Shown here piece by piece: positions 21,684-34,500 of a DNA stretch of 64,000 nucleotides. Position 1 is the first letter of the stretch, and each line of letters starts with the position of its first letter. Origin of the DNA: Balanoglossus misakiensis (taxonomy: Eukaryota > Animalia > Hemichordata); assembly GCA_040954595.2 (NCBI GenBank), contig CM082577.2, positions 15,321,903-15,385,902 on the forward strand, given 5' to 3'. The notes under the pieces are model-generated. The model made no database searches. It saw only the letters and a list, made by a program, of their open reading frames with translations, and was not told the origin of the DNA. A program made the position numbers and the translations under genes.

Positions 21684-22195
21684 TAGTTGTGTTCGGACTA
21701 ATGCTCGCTTCGCTGACCAACACTCTGTATCTCAACCATCTACATTCCAAGATAGCAGACGAACAATGCGAGTTGCCATTCGGGGATGTCATTGATATCA
21801 ACGAATATGGATACACTGTACACACATTCAATGGTCGTTTGTTGTTAAACAGAAAAAGTAGCGGGTCACAATTACCAGCAGGCCCTTGTACACACTTCAA
21901 TTCGACTGTACAAGAAGCTGTCCAATGTGAATCTGAGATAATGTTATACGATATAAAAGGCGAACCATACTATGCTTTGCGCATGTTCAGAGATCAATCA
22001 AACCACACATTTTTAGTACAAGGGCCTTATAGTGGCAACGGCGACGAACACCAAGTCCACATCCGTACCGACCTTCAGTCTGGTAATGTCGTCGTTGGAT
22101 ATGGTCCAGTGCCGCCAAACAAAGTACCAGATGCAGAACTGTATGTAGACGGATTTATTTATGCTGCTACCTTGGATAGAAGTAGTTTCAATTAG
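21494..22195 (+). CDS. Membrane-anchored protein with beta-rich domain; 5' end uncertain
   Basis: TM-like LVVVFGLMLASL; overlaps the previous ORF; possible acceptor ttctatacag near 21673. Confidence 0.55.
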   Translation: MGTRSINESDVQLHLHPNAIEESEQRNSRLDGTEAFKHQVCYYAQRSKSLSRIHDRYFYTGSLVVVFGLMLASLTNTLYLNHLHSKIADEQCELPFGDVIDINEYGYTVHTFNGRLLLNRKSSGSQLPAGPCTHFNSTVQEAVQCESEIMLYDIKGEPYYALRMFRDQSNHTFLVQGPYSGNGDEHQVHIRTDLQSGNVVVGYGPVPPNKVPDAELYVDGFIYAATLDRSSFN

Positions 22196-22288
22196 AACGA
22201 GACTGGGACACTGTTATCGAACATAACGGCGCCCCTATTTAATCCCACCTGTCAAACTAAGTATACCAGAACGAACGACATACTTGGC

Positions 22289-22867
22289 ATGACAGAACAA
22301 ACGTCAATGTCGTCTCAATTAGACCCCGAAATGTGTATTTGTCGCATATGCCAAGAAGGTGAATCGTGTGCTGAAGGCGGCATGCTTTTGATTGCACCTT
22401 GTTTATGCAAAGGTAGTCTGAAGTTTGTCCACCGTAGGTGCATCCAAACCTGGATAAGAAGCGCTCGTATCAACCGATGTGAAATTTGTAATGCACGCTT
22501 CAAAATCATGGTTGAGACTAGACCAATATCAGAATGGACATTGCCGAAGATGACCAGAACGATATGGATAAATATTGCACTTGTGTTGTCGTGTACTGTG
22601 TGTATATTAGGCATATCATTACACATGCACCTTTTGGTGGAATCCCTATTTCTAAAGATGGATGCACTGAATACATTTTTCGTGGTGGCTTGCGTGTTGC
22701 TGGCACTTATGGCGCTGACTGCATTTGTCCTCCTAGAGACTTTTAGGTGCGTGGACGTGTATGTGTGGTTAAGAGAGAACAACAGAGAGATAGGTGTTAA
22801 GGACTATTGCCCATCTTCTCAACAAATACATGGTGGTGATGAAGACATACGCACGAATACGGTGTAG
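22289..22867 (+). CDS. MARCH/K3/K5-type RING-CH E3 ligase with two TM helices
   Basis: CRIC..LIAPCLCKGSLKFVHRRCIQTWI..CEIC followed by two hydrophobic segments. Confidence 0.9.
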   Translation: MTEQTSMSSQLDPEMCICRICQEGESCAEGGMLLIAPCLCKGSLKFVHRRCIQTWIRSARINRCEICNARFKIMVETRPISEWTLPKMTRTIWINIALVLSCTVCILGISLHMHLLVESLFLKMDALNTFFVVACVLLALMALTAFVLLETFRCVDVYVWLRENNREIGVKDYCPSSQQIHGGDEDIRTNTV

Positions 22868-23019
22868 ACACCATGTAATTGTTCCATACTCTATTTTTGT
22901 TTTGTTCATTACGATGACGACATTGTTGTCCAATCAGTATCCTCCCTTCTCACCCCCCATGATGAGTACGGCGATTTTGACAATGAACGAGTCACATCGT
23001 TCGTCCATGTAATGAGCCG

Positions 23020-24366
23020 TTGGTGACATTCACCATATATAAGCAAGAGCGATTTCAGTCACTCTCGCCAATCACAGTTTGCCTATATCAAACAACAATG
23101 TCCGAACTTATCGACGTGGTTTATGGAGTTGACGGGAAAAACATCGGAGAGGTATTCCACATTCCGTACTTCTGGTTACCCAAGTTTATACCGGCATGGG
23201 ATCGTTTGCTAGAACGAACAGGAGGTGGTCAAGAGGATGGCGATCGCCGGCGCCTCATTCTGAGATACCCCTTTCCATACAAGGTGACGTCGAAAGATGT
23301 GGATGAAATTGTCAAGTTTGTCAGCGATTGTGTACATAACTATTCAACATTTTGTCGACCATCCGATGTTCCTTGGTCGAGGTTGACAGCTGTGCTCAGG
23401 CTGGTGGACCATTACAAGGTCACTCCATACCTCGACGCTTTGGTATCTTTTATACATAAAACCTCCATGAATGCGTACACATCCCAAACCACCCTACACA
23501 TGTTAGAAGCCTATCATGACCTTGTGCATGACTTGACGGAAGATGTACTACCTGCAGCAATCGTCAGAGTGGAGATCGCCACTCAATGCGTGTTAAATGC
23601 CAATTCGTGGAATTACATTTGTTCATGTCAAAAATGTCCCGAACACCCGCGACGCGACGAAGTCGCTTTGTTATTTTGTGGACACGAGAAACAGATTCAC
23701 GCCTACTGGGAAAAGATGATGTCGTGCACTCTGACAAAGAATCTACGAAAGAGTAAATGGACCCTTGCCACTTTCGCGTGTATGGTCTCTGATGGTTGCC
23801 ATGGAATAGCTACGCAATTACCGCAAAGTCCATCTTATTCTACTAATTTTCGTCTGCTCTTGCATTTGTGGTTGGCGAAAGGAGGTGAAGATGTACTTGC
23901 TGAACACGTTGCCCTTCTATCGTGCCTGTGTAGACAGGATGATCTTATGAGGCGTGCAGTCATTTTACAGGGCATGTTCAAGTACTCCGGAATGACCCAG
24001 AGTGCCATCAGAGATTCTCTGAAACCTATAACATCACGGAGACGTACCATACAACAGGTATGGGCGAGCGCCGCCGATGAAACATGCTATAATTGTTTGA
24101 ATACACCGCAAGCGTCAAAATGGATTCATTGGAAAACATTTCCACGCGTGGCGTGTGATGTATGCGCAGAAGAGATGTGCCGGAAATGTTACGGTACGTG
24201 CGCATTGTGTGAACGAACTTTGTGTTTCGGATGCGCTACGTTTCTTACCAATGATAGAAGAATTGAATGGCTGATGACTAATGTGAGTAGGCGAGCAATA
24301 CACGGTCATGGAGTATGTGTAGATTGTAGAGGCTTTCCGGGGAAGTTGGTACCCAACAAAAACTAA
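23020..24366 (+). CDS. Degenerate BTB-like N-terminus plus C-terminal multi-CxxC zinc domain (likely start 23098); paralogue of 37967-39394
   Basis: LRLVDHYKV..; CYNC..CDVC..CRKC..CALC..CFGC..CVDC. Confidence 0.6.
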   Translation: MVTFTIYKQERFQSLSPITVCLYQTTMSELIDVVYGVDGKNIGEVFHIPYFWLPKFIPAWDRLLERTGGGQEDGDRRRLILRYPFPYKVTSKDVDEIVKFVSDCVHNYSTFCRPSDVPWSRLTAVLRLVDHYKVTPYLDALVSFIHKTSMNAYTSQTTLHMLEAYHDLVHDLTEDVLPAAIVRVEIATQCVLNANSWNYICSCQKCPEHPRRDEVALLFCGHEKQIHAYWEKMMSCTLTKNLRKSKWTLATFACMVSDGCHGIATQLPQSPSYSTNFRLLLHLWLAKGGEDVLAEHVALLSCLCRQDDLMRRAVILQGMFKYSGMTQSAIRDSLKPITSRRRTIQQVWASAADETCYNCLNTPQASKWIHWKTFPRVACDVCAEEMCRKCYGTCALCERTLCFGCATFLTNDRRIEWLMTNVSRRAIHGHGVCVDCRGFPGKLVPNKN

Positions 24367-24734
24367 CAAGACTGTCAGGAATTGTACATGGCACGCAGTA
24401 AATGAAATATTCGCGATAGAAAGAACAATAGCAATAAGAAGAAGAATTACAACAAAGTGTCGTGTCCCTAAAATAACGGAACTGTTCAACATTGATGAAG
24501 ATATGAGGTCGTTACCGCAACTTAAAGATGGCAGAACTATAACAATTGCCATAATAGTTCTTTTTTTTTATTTCTTGGGTGTGTCATAACATAGGTTCTA
24601 CAAAATATACGGACTCTCCTTTCAATACATGCATCGTCCAATCAGGTAAATAAACAAACAACCCATAAATGTATGGATGTCTGCGATACTGTGTACATAA
24701 TTTAACATAAATAAATAAATACATATCCGTATAA

Positions 24735-27700
24735 ATGCCCACTTGTCTGTGTCCATCTTCGTATTTATATTGCAATTTTATCACGGGTCAGAGCCTTATA
24801 ACGTTAAACCTGGTCATGAATGTAGGAAGGCGGCGTGTTTACCTGTTAAAACTAGAAGTCAAAGGGAGAGGAGTCAACGCATCCGACCTCTGTACCATCT
24901 TCGGCAAACTTCCCAATGGGCGTAGTATCGCGTTGGACATACTCGACCCAGTATATAGGATTTATTTGAATCCCATCAACGAGGTTAGGGACGAGGAAGA
25001 AGTGTGCGCCCTCATTCATCAGTATACCAGCACGTTTTCCAATAACTTCAGCGTTGGTAAAACGTCAAAGGTAATCGGCAATGGTTACGCGGGGGATTCT
25101 CGACTGCCATTTTGGTACGTCGAGTCGTCGGAAAATGCGGTTGTTAAACAGGTGCAAAAAAATCTACCACGCTCCATTTTCAATTTTTTTATGGACGGCT
25201 GTGGAAAGGCCTATTTGGACGTAGCGGCCAATATGAACATCGGGGGTGTTGGTTGGCACTGGATTAAGTCGTCAAGATACGTAACGGGATGCAAATGCCA
25301 TTCGTGGTATGGCAAAGAACATGATCATGCCACTGTGAGTGATACCCACTCCATTGAGCCCCAACGAGAAGGCGAAAGTAGTCCACCACCACCCATTAAC
25401 ATTCTTCAACTGAAAGTTCATTGCTATCCAGACGGTGTAATCGCATTTATTACCTGTTCGTTGTTACGATGGGCAAAAGATTTGACTTGTCTGTTTAATA
25501 ATACATTCCGTAATTGTACCGTTGTGAAGTTTAGAACCACGATGTATGGTGGTGATATCTCAAATGTAGTAAATTGCAGGGATGAAGGTAATGTGTTACG
25601 CGCATTCACCAAAATCATCACTACCTGTGACTATGACTTTTTATGTGGATATTTTTTGGAAAAGGAACAGTTAAGAGTGTTAAAGGAGAGAAGTTGTCTT
25701 CACGGGCTCAACTTGATAAACCCTTTATTAATCAGGGATATTCGCCACACGCCTTTCATCAACAGGTGGGATAATGACCCACGCGGTATTGGCTTGATCG
25801 ACATATGTACTGACAAACACGCGGATGGTCCGGACGCCTACAAATACATCAAAGACACTGTATTTAACAAAGGCTTCCTGAACACATACTTATCAACTTG
25901 CGAAGCGGCTACTATATTCTGTAGCCGACTAACTCACAAGAAGTCAAATGTAGATATTATACAGGTACCATACATGGATTTTTTTGAGTCAGCTATGACT
26001 CGTAAGGCTAAACAACTTGGGTACGTCTTTGCATGCAGGGAAATCGGAGGAAGCAATGCGACGACGAGTCATTCTGAATATGAGATTGAAGCAGATCGAG
26101 GTCAAGGTTGTCAAGGCGGTTTGTTTCTCACGCCGGTTCAAGGGTTACACGTGGGCAATGCAGAATTGAGAGATTTTAAAAGCATGTACGGTTCCATAAT
26201 AGTTGCATTTAACATCGACATCACCACTAGTTTGCAAGAATCACGCGCGGGTTTATTAAATGATGTAATTGAGATACCAGGTGGCTACAACTTTGTTAGC
26301 CCAAATGTTCGGCAGGGGTTACTACCGTCTATAGTTTCAAATCTTGTCGCGCAACGGGAACACTTCCAGAAAATTGCCCAGAGCAACAACGAAAACGGGA
26401 GTTGGTACGAAATGCAACAAATGGCACGGAAACAATTGATTGTGGGAGCTTACGGAGTCAATTTACGTCAGAGTATATTCACAAGCCCGTGTGTGGCTAA
26501 GGCCATTACATCCACTGGTAGATTCCTCTTTGAACGGATGAGAGTAACAGCCGCGTCATTCACCCACCCACATTTATTGACGACACCCAGTGTCCTATTT
26601 GGAAATGCAGATTCTCTGATGACCAGTTTCCTGCCAGCACGTGAATTGTCTAACGTCGAATGGACCGAAGTTTTCATGGATATTGGACAGTGTTTCCACG
26701 ACGACATTCGTAAAGTAGTTCAAACCATGGGCGCGAATATAGATGCGCGTTTATTGCGGTTTGAGTCGAAAGGGCATGCAAAAATAGTAATGTGTACGAG
26801 TCGCAAACAACAGTATGTGATGTGCATTAGGTCAACTTCCAAAAAAGGATGTTGTTTAGTTGTCAAAGGGTTTGTATCGAACTCTACAAACTGCCATCCC
26901 TTGGTGAGAAACGTGGAAAGATGTATGCTGTCACTCCTGTTTGAAGGTCATGTATTGCTTAGGTCTGTAGAATCTGGGCAACTGTCAACACTTCACCCAA
27001 GTGAATTGTCCACACGCTCGCAACTGATATATGAAGCGTACGTAGCATCATCTGGGGTGTGGGTGAAGGTTGGAGATGCTATAAACCAAGATACTGGTGT
27101 TAAGAACTCCTTTCGTTTGCGAGATAATTTAGGCAGAGAATTGTGCGAACGCCTTTTTGACGAGGACGGCATTCCGATACTCACCACTGACAGACTCAGA
27201 GAAATAAGGTCTGAAGTGGAGACGGTTGTGTTGTACACGTTAAACAGAGTCATAATGTTGCAAGAAGACACGCACCTGTTGATAAAACATTTGCCACCGA
27301 ATGCTAACCCTGGTGCAAGGTCGACGTTGGAAAAACAATACATGCAATTTCACGGGAGATTGCCTTGTGATATATTATATGTGAATACCAAAGAAGATGG
27401 ACCAATGCACCCTCTTTTGGCTGTCTTCCAACAGAAAACACTAGAGACAGATGACACAATTGCATCGATAAAAAAGACCTTTATTGAGGGGGGTGACGAA
27501 GGTGGTCCGTATTCCATTATGAATGTTATGAGGCCCAACGTCAAGACATTACACGGAGTATTGTGCATGGAAACAGAATCAACTGTGCAAAATCAGTTAA
27601 GAGTACAAAGACAGTTTCGGAAACGATTCGATTCTGTCCTCGCTATGTCCTCTAAGAAAGTCGAACACCCCGTGTGCAATAATGAAGAGGAATATGTGAT

Positions 27701-28019
27701 GACAAAATTGTTGAATTTTACCAACTGTCCGGATTGTAAAGTTATCACTGTAGATCGAGCTAATCGCGACTACAACTACACCGACATGTTCGGAACTGAT
27801 GCGATAATCCGGAAGCATAATTTGGTTTTATTCAATGTATGCAAACAAAGTTCGCGTGTGTATTTCATATCCAATTGTAAGGATGTCCAGTGTGTAGGCG
27901 TATACAAATTTGCCACCTTGGTGAATCAATTGAAAATACTAACTGCACTTAAAAACAAGGAAGCAATGGTAAACAAAGTGTCAACTGTTTTGACTGAACG
28001 TCTCACGAAATCACAATGA
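24735..28019 (+). CDS. Family B DNA polymerase, Pol-delta-like layout, with degenerate exonuclease and polymerase motifs (likely start 24816)
   Basis: GGLFLTP..DFKSMYGSIIVAFNI; QMARKQLIVGAYG; FGNADS; VVKG; C-terminal Cys cluster. Confidence 0.85.
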   Translation: MPTCLCPSSYLYCNFITGQSLITLNLVMNVGRRRVYLLKLEVKGRGVNASDLCTIFGKLPNGRSIALDILDPVYRIYLNPINEVRDEEEVCALIHQYTSTFSNNFSVGKTSKVIGNGYAGDSRLPFWYVESSENAVVKQVQKNLPRSIFNFFMDGCGKAYLDVAANMNIGGVGWHWIKSSRYVTGCKCHSWYGKEHDHATVSDTHSIEPQREGESSPPPPINILQLKVHCYPDGVIAFITCSLLRWAKDLTCLFNNTFRNCTVVKFRTTMYGGDISNVVNCRDEGNVLRAFTKIITTCDYDFLCGYFLEKEQLRVLKERSCLHGLNLINPLLIRDIRHTPFINRWDNDPRGIGLIDICTDKHADGPDAYKYIKDTVFNKGFLNTYLSTCEAATIFCSRLTHKKSNVDIIQVPYMDFFESAMTRKAKQLGYVFACREIGGSNATTSHSEYEIEADRGQGCQGGLFLTPVQGLHVGNAELRDFKSMYGSIIVAFNIDITTSLQESRAGLLNDVIEIPGGYNFVSPNVRQGLLPSIVSNLVAQREHFQKIAQSNNENGSWYEMQQMARKQLIVGAYGVNLRQSIFTSPCVAKAITSTGRFLFERMRVTAASFTHPHLLTTPSVLFGNADSLMTSFLPARELSNVEWTEVFMDIGQCFHDDIRKVVQTMGANIDARLLRFESKGHAKIVMCTSRKQQYVMCIRSTSKKGCCLVVKGFVSNSTNCHPLVRNVERCMLSLLFEGHVLLRSVESGQLSTLHPSELSTRSQLIYEAYVASSGVWVKVGDAINQDTGVKNSFRLRDNLGRELCERLFDEDGIPILTTDRLREIRSEVETVVLYTLNRVIMLQEDTHLLIKHLPPNANPGARSTLEKQYMQFHGRLPCDILYVNTKEDGPMHPLLAVFQQKTLETDDTIASIKKTFIEGGDEGGPYSIMNVMRPNVKTLHGVLCMETESTVQNQLRVQRQFRKRFDSVLAMSSKKVEHPVCNNEEEYVMTKLLNFTNCPDCKVITVDRANRDYNYTDMFGTDAIIRKHNLVLFNVCKQSSRVYFISNCKDVQCVGVYKFATLVNQLKILTALKNKEAMVNKVSTVLTERLTKSQ

Positions 28020-28526
28020 GTGTCATACAATGGATGAGAAGGGTCGTGATAATACTACTAATAATAATATATATATGCAGTCGCTTTAATTGGTATGTTG
28101 GTTTTCGTATAATAAAGTGTATTGCAAATAGAACAGTCCAGAATAGTCTTCTGCGAGTGTAAATTAGCATACACATAATACCATATTAGCTGTCTAATGG
28201 CGTGGTTTCATTGTCAGAACAAAGAATATACAATAAACAATATATCCCTAGAAACATCGTATTTTTAACTCGCATTTAATATCAAGTAACATTTTCAACA
28301 GATAATGTGTACATTGTGTTGTGTATTTCAAATGTTTTGTTTTATTTCGGGAGGTGTCGATGTTTAGAGTGTTCCTACAGAGAAACACTTGCATATAAAA
28401 ATAGAGACTCAATATACTACATACAAAACACCACAGCCTATTTGTTATCCTATATCGTCTTCTTCGGTTGACTTTTGACGTAGACAAATCTGCGATATGT
28501 TTTTTTTTCCATACTCGCCCCTCTTA

Positions 28527-31500
28527 TCACTTGACTGTTATCTGGTTTAGATTTTGGTCAAAGTTGTGACTCAACATAGATTTGACATATGGAACGAGAG
28601 TGGTCAAATTTCTTTTGCTTTTGGTGACAACGATGTACTTAGCACTCCCTTTAGTGAAGTCTATCAGATGCTCATTCGTTGACACAAAACAGAGCGGGAT
28701 CATTGCATCGTGCCGGTCTACAAATTTTACATTTCGAGTTTTACCCAGTAAAAGTATCAATCTGAACATAGTGGGTGTGGATGTGTTAGGGTCATGCGGA
28801 ATCACAACTGGATAAAACGTTGCGACTTTAGTAGTCGCATGCCCCCTACACATTGCAGCCACTCGACTGAATTTGTTTAGTTCGCTGTCTCGGTGTCCGT
28901 TGTCATCGCGGTAGCACATAAACTGCCTCGCCTCTTCTAACATGACCGAGAATGATGGTTGTGGGTCGAAAAAGTCTGTCATGATGTTCTTGAATAAACT
29001 GTCTGTGTAAGAAGGGAGTCGTCTGTAAGCAGACGACACAAACGAGACGAAAGGACGTCCGTTTATCGCTAAGTCTACATAGTTATCCCTACATGGCGCG
29101 TCGATCGTAACCCCTTTGCTTCGTAGCCGATGCGCTTCTTTCAATGCGTCCCTTTGTGTCTGTAAATACCGCACTATATCCTGGCTCTCCCTTAACTGGC
29201 GAGATAAATCGCGCACTGTAACCTCGTGTTTATCGCAGCCGTCATGCGCCTTCTTTAGTCTGTCAATTTCAGCAGCTCTCTCGGCAGACAACTGTCGAAT
29301 CGCTTTATTTTCCTTTCTCAGTGAGTTTACCAATGATTCCAAATCATGTTCGGATGAAACTTCCAAACATACTGTCTGCTCTATATTGGAGGTTTGGGAT
29401 CCGGAAGGATCAATCCTACTCGCTTGACTGTCAATCGCACGAACACCCAGTATTCCTTTGGCATTTTCTAGTTCTCGTAGGCTTTTGTCACGGGTTTCAA
29501 TAATCTTTTGTTGTTCTCTGATCTCGTTTTCAAAATGTCTCCTTAATTCGGCGATCTGAGATGTATGACTTTTTTCCATCACTTTAACTTTATTTTCTAG
29601 TAGCCGTTTATCGCTTGCAATTTCCTGCATGCGCCTGTCCCGTGCGATATAATATTCCGGGGACCCTGCCTGAGATTGACTATCCGACAAGTCACTATCT
29701 TGACCCTGCCCAATCCGGCTTTCGTCTCTAAAGGCCCGTGTATTTAAACTGTCCCTTTGTTCAGCTTGGATAAAGGAAGTTTCCAGCGAGTGTAATTTCG
29801 TTCGAAATTCACTATTTTCATCATTCAGGTCATTCGCCTTTCGTTTCCAGTCATTAAGATCGCCGATCGCATCGTCTAGCCTTAACTGAATTTCATTTAA
29901 TTTTTGTTCAAATTCCCTTTGCTGCATAATGTTGTCTTCATTATTTCGTGCGACTAGTTCGACTTGCTCAAGCAGCTTGTTGCGCAAGGCTTCGTTCTCC
30001 GATACGAGGCCAGCATTCTCTTTTTGTTGTAACTCGTTTGACTTGACCGTGGATGTTATTTCAGTATTCTTGTCGCCAAGTTCTCGAGATATTTGTATAT
30101 TTTCCTGACGGAGATTACGAAATCGACTATTTGTATCATCAAACTGACGTCTAAGTGACTCCAAGTCCATACGGAGCTGTCGATTGTTTGTCTCCGTCTG
30201 TCGATGTTGTTTGCTAAGTGCGTCTACATGTTCGTTTGCTACCACGACTTTGTCTTCCAGTTGGTCACGATCACGCTGGTACATATCACGCTCGATTCGC
30301 AGTTGGGCTATCTGTTTGTACGTGATGTCTGCTGTACTCTCCGCCTTCGCTTTCATATCCTGATTGTCTGACTTCAAGGTCTCAATTTCCTCCCTCAAAT
30401 CGTCAACTTCTGCATTTGCTTCATCTAGTTGTTGTTTTAAGGCATTTCTGGTGTCCACAGACTGCCGAACTTTCATTTCTAAAGTATCAATCTCTCTCCT
30501 GGTTTTGGACTCTTTCTCTTTAAACTCTCTCAAACTTTTGTTGTCACTTAATGATTGTGAATTCAGTTCCTGTAACTTCTCTCGCTGTCGTTGATTATTC
30601 TGTTCTGATACGGCCTTTTCGTGAACGAATCGCTCAATTTTCTTGTTCAAGTAGTCGTTTTCTTCTCGTATTGCGTTTTCCTGTTCGGTTCTTTTTGAGA
30701 TTTCAGCGCGCATTTGATTATACTCCATTACCTTTTCATGTAGCTCAGCCTTTAAACGCTTTGCTTCACCCATGTAACGATTAGTCTCTCCATCAATCGA
30801 CCCTGACTGTTTCCCTCTACCATTCGATTGCAGTTGTTCATTCTCGACCGATAGCTGGTAAATTTTCGCCTGAGCGTTTTTGTTACTGACAAAGACCTCT
30901 GTCCGTAATTTACTACAGTCGATATTCAACCGGGTAACCTGGGCTTGTAACTTCTCTTCCGCTTCTTTTTGTTTGGAATTTGTTTCATTAGCATGTTGTA
31001 GACTGAGGCGAACATCCTCTAACTCGGTCTCAAATTTACGAATGTCTGACTGTCGTTCTTCTAATAAATTTTCTCTGATTTCCAATTTATGCTCTAAAGA
31101 GTCAACGACCGATCGCGTGTCCGTTAACTCCGTTTGTAACCTCTCATTGTCTTGTTTGAGGTTGGAACGTGTAGTATCATGTTGGACCTTTTGCGCATTA
31201 AGATCCCCTTGTAATTGGTTCTTTTCAGAGACCAATGCGGACAACTTAGTTTCTAGGCGCCTAATTTGGTGATTCAATTGTTCATTTGCGGCTTGTTCCT
31301 TGTGTAGAAGCTCCTTGGTAAATGCATTCTCACTAGACACACGCTTTACGTGTTGAGAAGTGTCTGTGAGATCACTGTCGATGGTATTCATTTTGGACGT
31401 GGCCGTCGCAAGTTGATCCTTCAGCGCATCAATCTCCTTCAACGCATCTGAAAGTTTCTGTTGGGTCTCCTCATGTTTATCGTGTCTTGTTGACAGACTG

Positions 31501-34500
31501 GTGTTTTGCTCAGAAACAAGTCGTTCAAATTCTCTTGTCCGTTCCAACAGTTGTCCGTTGGTCTCAATCAATTTCCTTCTGTCTTCATTCAGATCCACGA
31601 TATCGCGCTCGAGGTTTCGAATCAAATTAAAACTTTCATCATTGGAGCGTTCTATATCATCTTGCAATTTCTGTTTTATCGCCTCAATGTTGTCTAATGA
31701 CTTTCTCATACTTTCAAGCTCGCGCTGTTTCGCTCTGTTTTCTTCTTGAGTACGTACAATGCGTTTGGTCAACTCGCCATTTTCGTTTTCTGCAATTTCT
31801 AATTTTTGTTTGGCCATTTCCATAGCATATAGTGACTGTTTCATAGAGTCAAGCTCGCGCTGTTTCGCTCTGTTTTCTTCTTGGGTACGTACATTGCGTT
31901 TGGTCAACTCGCCATTTTCGTTTTCCGCAATTTCTAATTTTTGTTTGGCAATTTCCATAGCATATAGTGACTGTTTCATAGAGTCAACTTCTCGCTGTTT
32001 CGCCTCAACTAACGAATTTTGTTCTGTTTGTATACGTTCGATGTCCCGACTCAACGTGTCTTTTTCGTTCTCTACAACCACCAGTTCCCTTTTTGCCGCC
32101 TCTACAGTTTCTAGTGACTGTTTCGCACTTTCGACCGCTCGCTGTTTCGCCAAAACTAAAGTTTTGTTTTCTGCTTGGATACGTCCAATCTCTTCCACCA
32201 ATTTGGCTGCCTCATTCTCTGCACATACTAATTTCCCTTTCATATCCTGCATGTTACGCTTATCCGCTGTGATTAGTGCCTCGTTGTCCGCTTTAAGATG
32301 CTCAATGTCATTTTCTAAATTTTCTATACGCGCCAACAATGATTTTATTTTTTGTTTGGCGTCAGTTTGACTCGTTTGTTCAGTTTGACCGTCGTTGACC
32401 CCCTCCGATACACGAAGAGTTCTGCAATTTTCTTCAGATAGTTCCCCATTTACAGAAAGCCTACTGCCACTCTCTCGAGGTCGCGGCAATCTTATTGGTT
32501 CATAATAATCAGTAAGAGATTTCAAGTCATCCTCCAGTGTATCAGTTTCAGTACCGGATACAAGGGGTATGTCAAATATAGGATCCTCACCAACACTGGC
32601 GTTGCTGTTCGACGTATAGTGTATCAGTGACGGGGACATTGTTTGTGGTTTTGGAGTATGTAAGGTGTCGGGTGTATCGACTGGAATCTCAACAAGCGAA
32701 GGCCGGGACTGTTTAGGCGACGCATGTCTTGGAGGATGTAAGGTGTCGGGTGTATCGACTGGAATCTCAACAAGCGAAGGCCGGGACTGTTTAGGCGACG
32801 CATGTCTTGGAGGATGTAAGGTGTCGGGTGTATCGACTGGCCTCTGAACAAGCGAAGACCGGGACTGTTTAGGCGACGAGTACAAGTCGTCGAGGCCACT
32901 CGACGTATCTTGAGGACAGACTGTCTGTAACAGTGAAGTAATGGTATCATCGAAAGGCGCGGTAGTTGAGGGCGCCGTTCGTGGTTTAGGGACAGGTAAT
33001 GCCACCAGCGAGTCTGATGCAGGAGACGAAGTAGGCAACGATGATAGGTCTCTATGCTTAGTAACCTTCGAATCTTCTCGCGAGTCCAATGGAAGAGTGG
33101 TGCGTGTTTCTTCGGGGATGGTAATCTGCAAGGGTGTGGACGCTGATACCGGTGGGAATACGACGCCGTCAGTTGTGGAGGTGTCGACAAGAGAGGAAAA
33201 CTGCTCCCAATTGTCAATTTTCTCAAGGGGATGGTCGCCAGGGGTTTGCGCATTAGACGAAGATGTCGATTTGCGTGAGAGTGCGTCAGAACCATTTCCG
33301 TCCACTCGTGTTGGAACATTTTGTACTAATTCACTAACGTCTTCGCTGTGGATCAATTCCTGTAAACCGGAATATCCGCCACTGTCTGCTTGATTTACAT
33401 CTGATATAGCGGACGCCGTGTCTGAAGTATGTGTCATTTGTTCATCAGTGTCAACTACACGTATCGGGTCACTTGACTGGTCGTCGTATTGTTCTGTCAG
33501 TTCTGATAGGGATGCCTGGCAAATTTCCCCGGCTGGTTCAACATTTACAATGTTTTCAGGATGATACTCATATTCGTCTCTGTATCTGTCCAAAGTATTG
33601 TCAGTCACTCTGTCGTCGAACCCTCGAGGTGAAGGGTCCGTTTCAAGCACATTCTCGTATTGACTATTTGAAAAGTCAACGTATCTTTGGTCATTGTCTG
33701 ACAGAATGCCCGCATTGGCGCGTCCTGTCTTATATCTTCTATCCTCCGTAAACCTCGTGTCGCACAAAGCACCATATACAATGGCGACAAGATTACCCTC
33801 AGTGTGTCCACATTTTAGAGTCCCCTGTATATTATTACCAAAGAGTGTTGGTAAGTCATCTGTAGCATTATCTGCCAATAATTCTCTTAGGGCAGTTTGT
33901 TCTAAAGTACCACTTAAGACGTTATGTACATCTTTTTCGATTCGTATGAAACGTGCAAGACTCCTAAATAATTGATTAAAATTTATGTCCATGGACGTTT
34001 CTTTGTACTGAGCAAAAGTTGAATTAAGTGCCCGTGCAGCAGAATGCATGGCTACTCTCAATTGTTCAAACAATGGAATATTTATTGAGTCTGGTGTACC
34101 TAAACACTCTGGAAAGGTTGATAGGAAGTGCGGCTTTGTCTGGTGATCGTCGAATAAACCATTTATCAGGTCGAGCAGCTCGTTTCTATTCGTATGACTG
34201 TCGCTGGCAAGGTCCAAGATCGTTTCACAATTGGCGCACAAGTGACTCCACAGATATGGATATAAAGACAACACGCCCCAGACATTTGGAATTTCAGATA
34301 AGATTAATTGGAGTGTATGTTTTGACAGAATTATGTAAAACGTTGGCATTTGACTTTTGACATCCTGTTCGATATATTTAAAAAAATGATACATCGTACC
34401 CCTCTCATATTTCAAAAGCACACTGCACACATTCTCCAACCTATCCAAATCAACCTTTTCTATGCCTTCCACTACAAAGCTGTCCTCATTTTTAGCTAAA

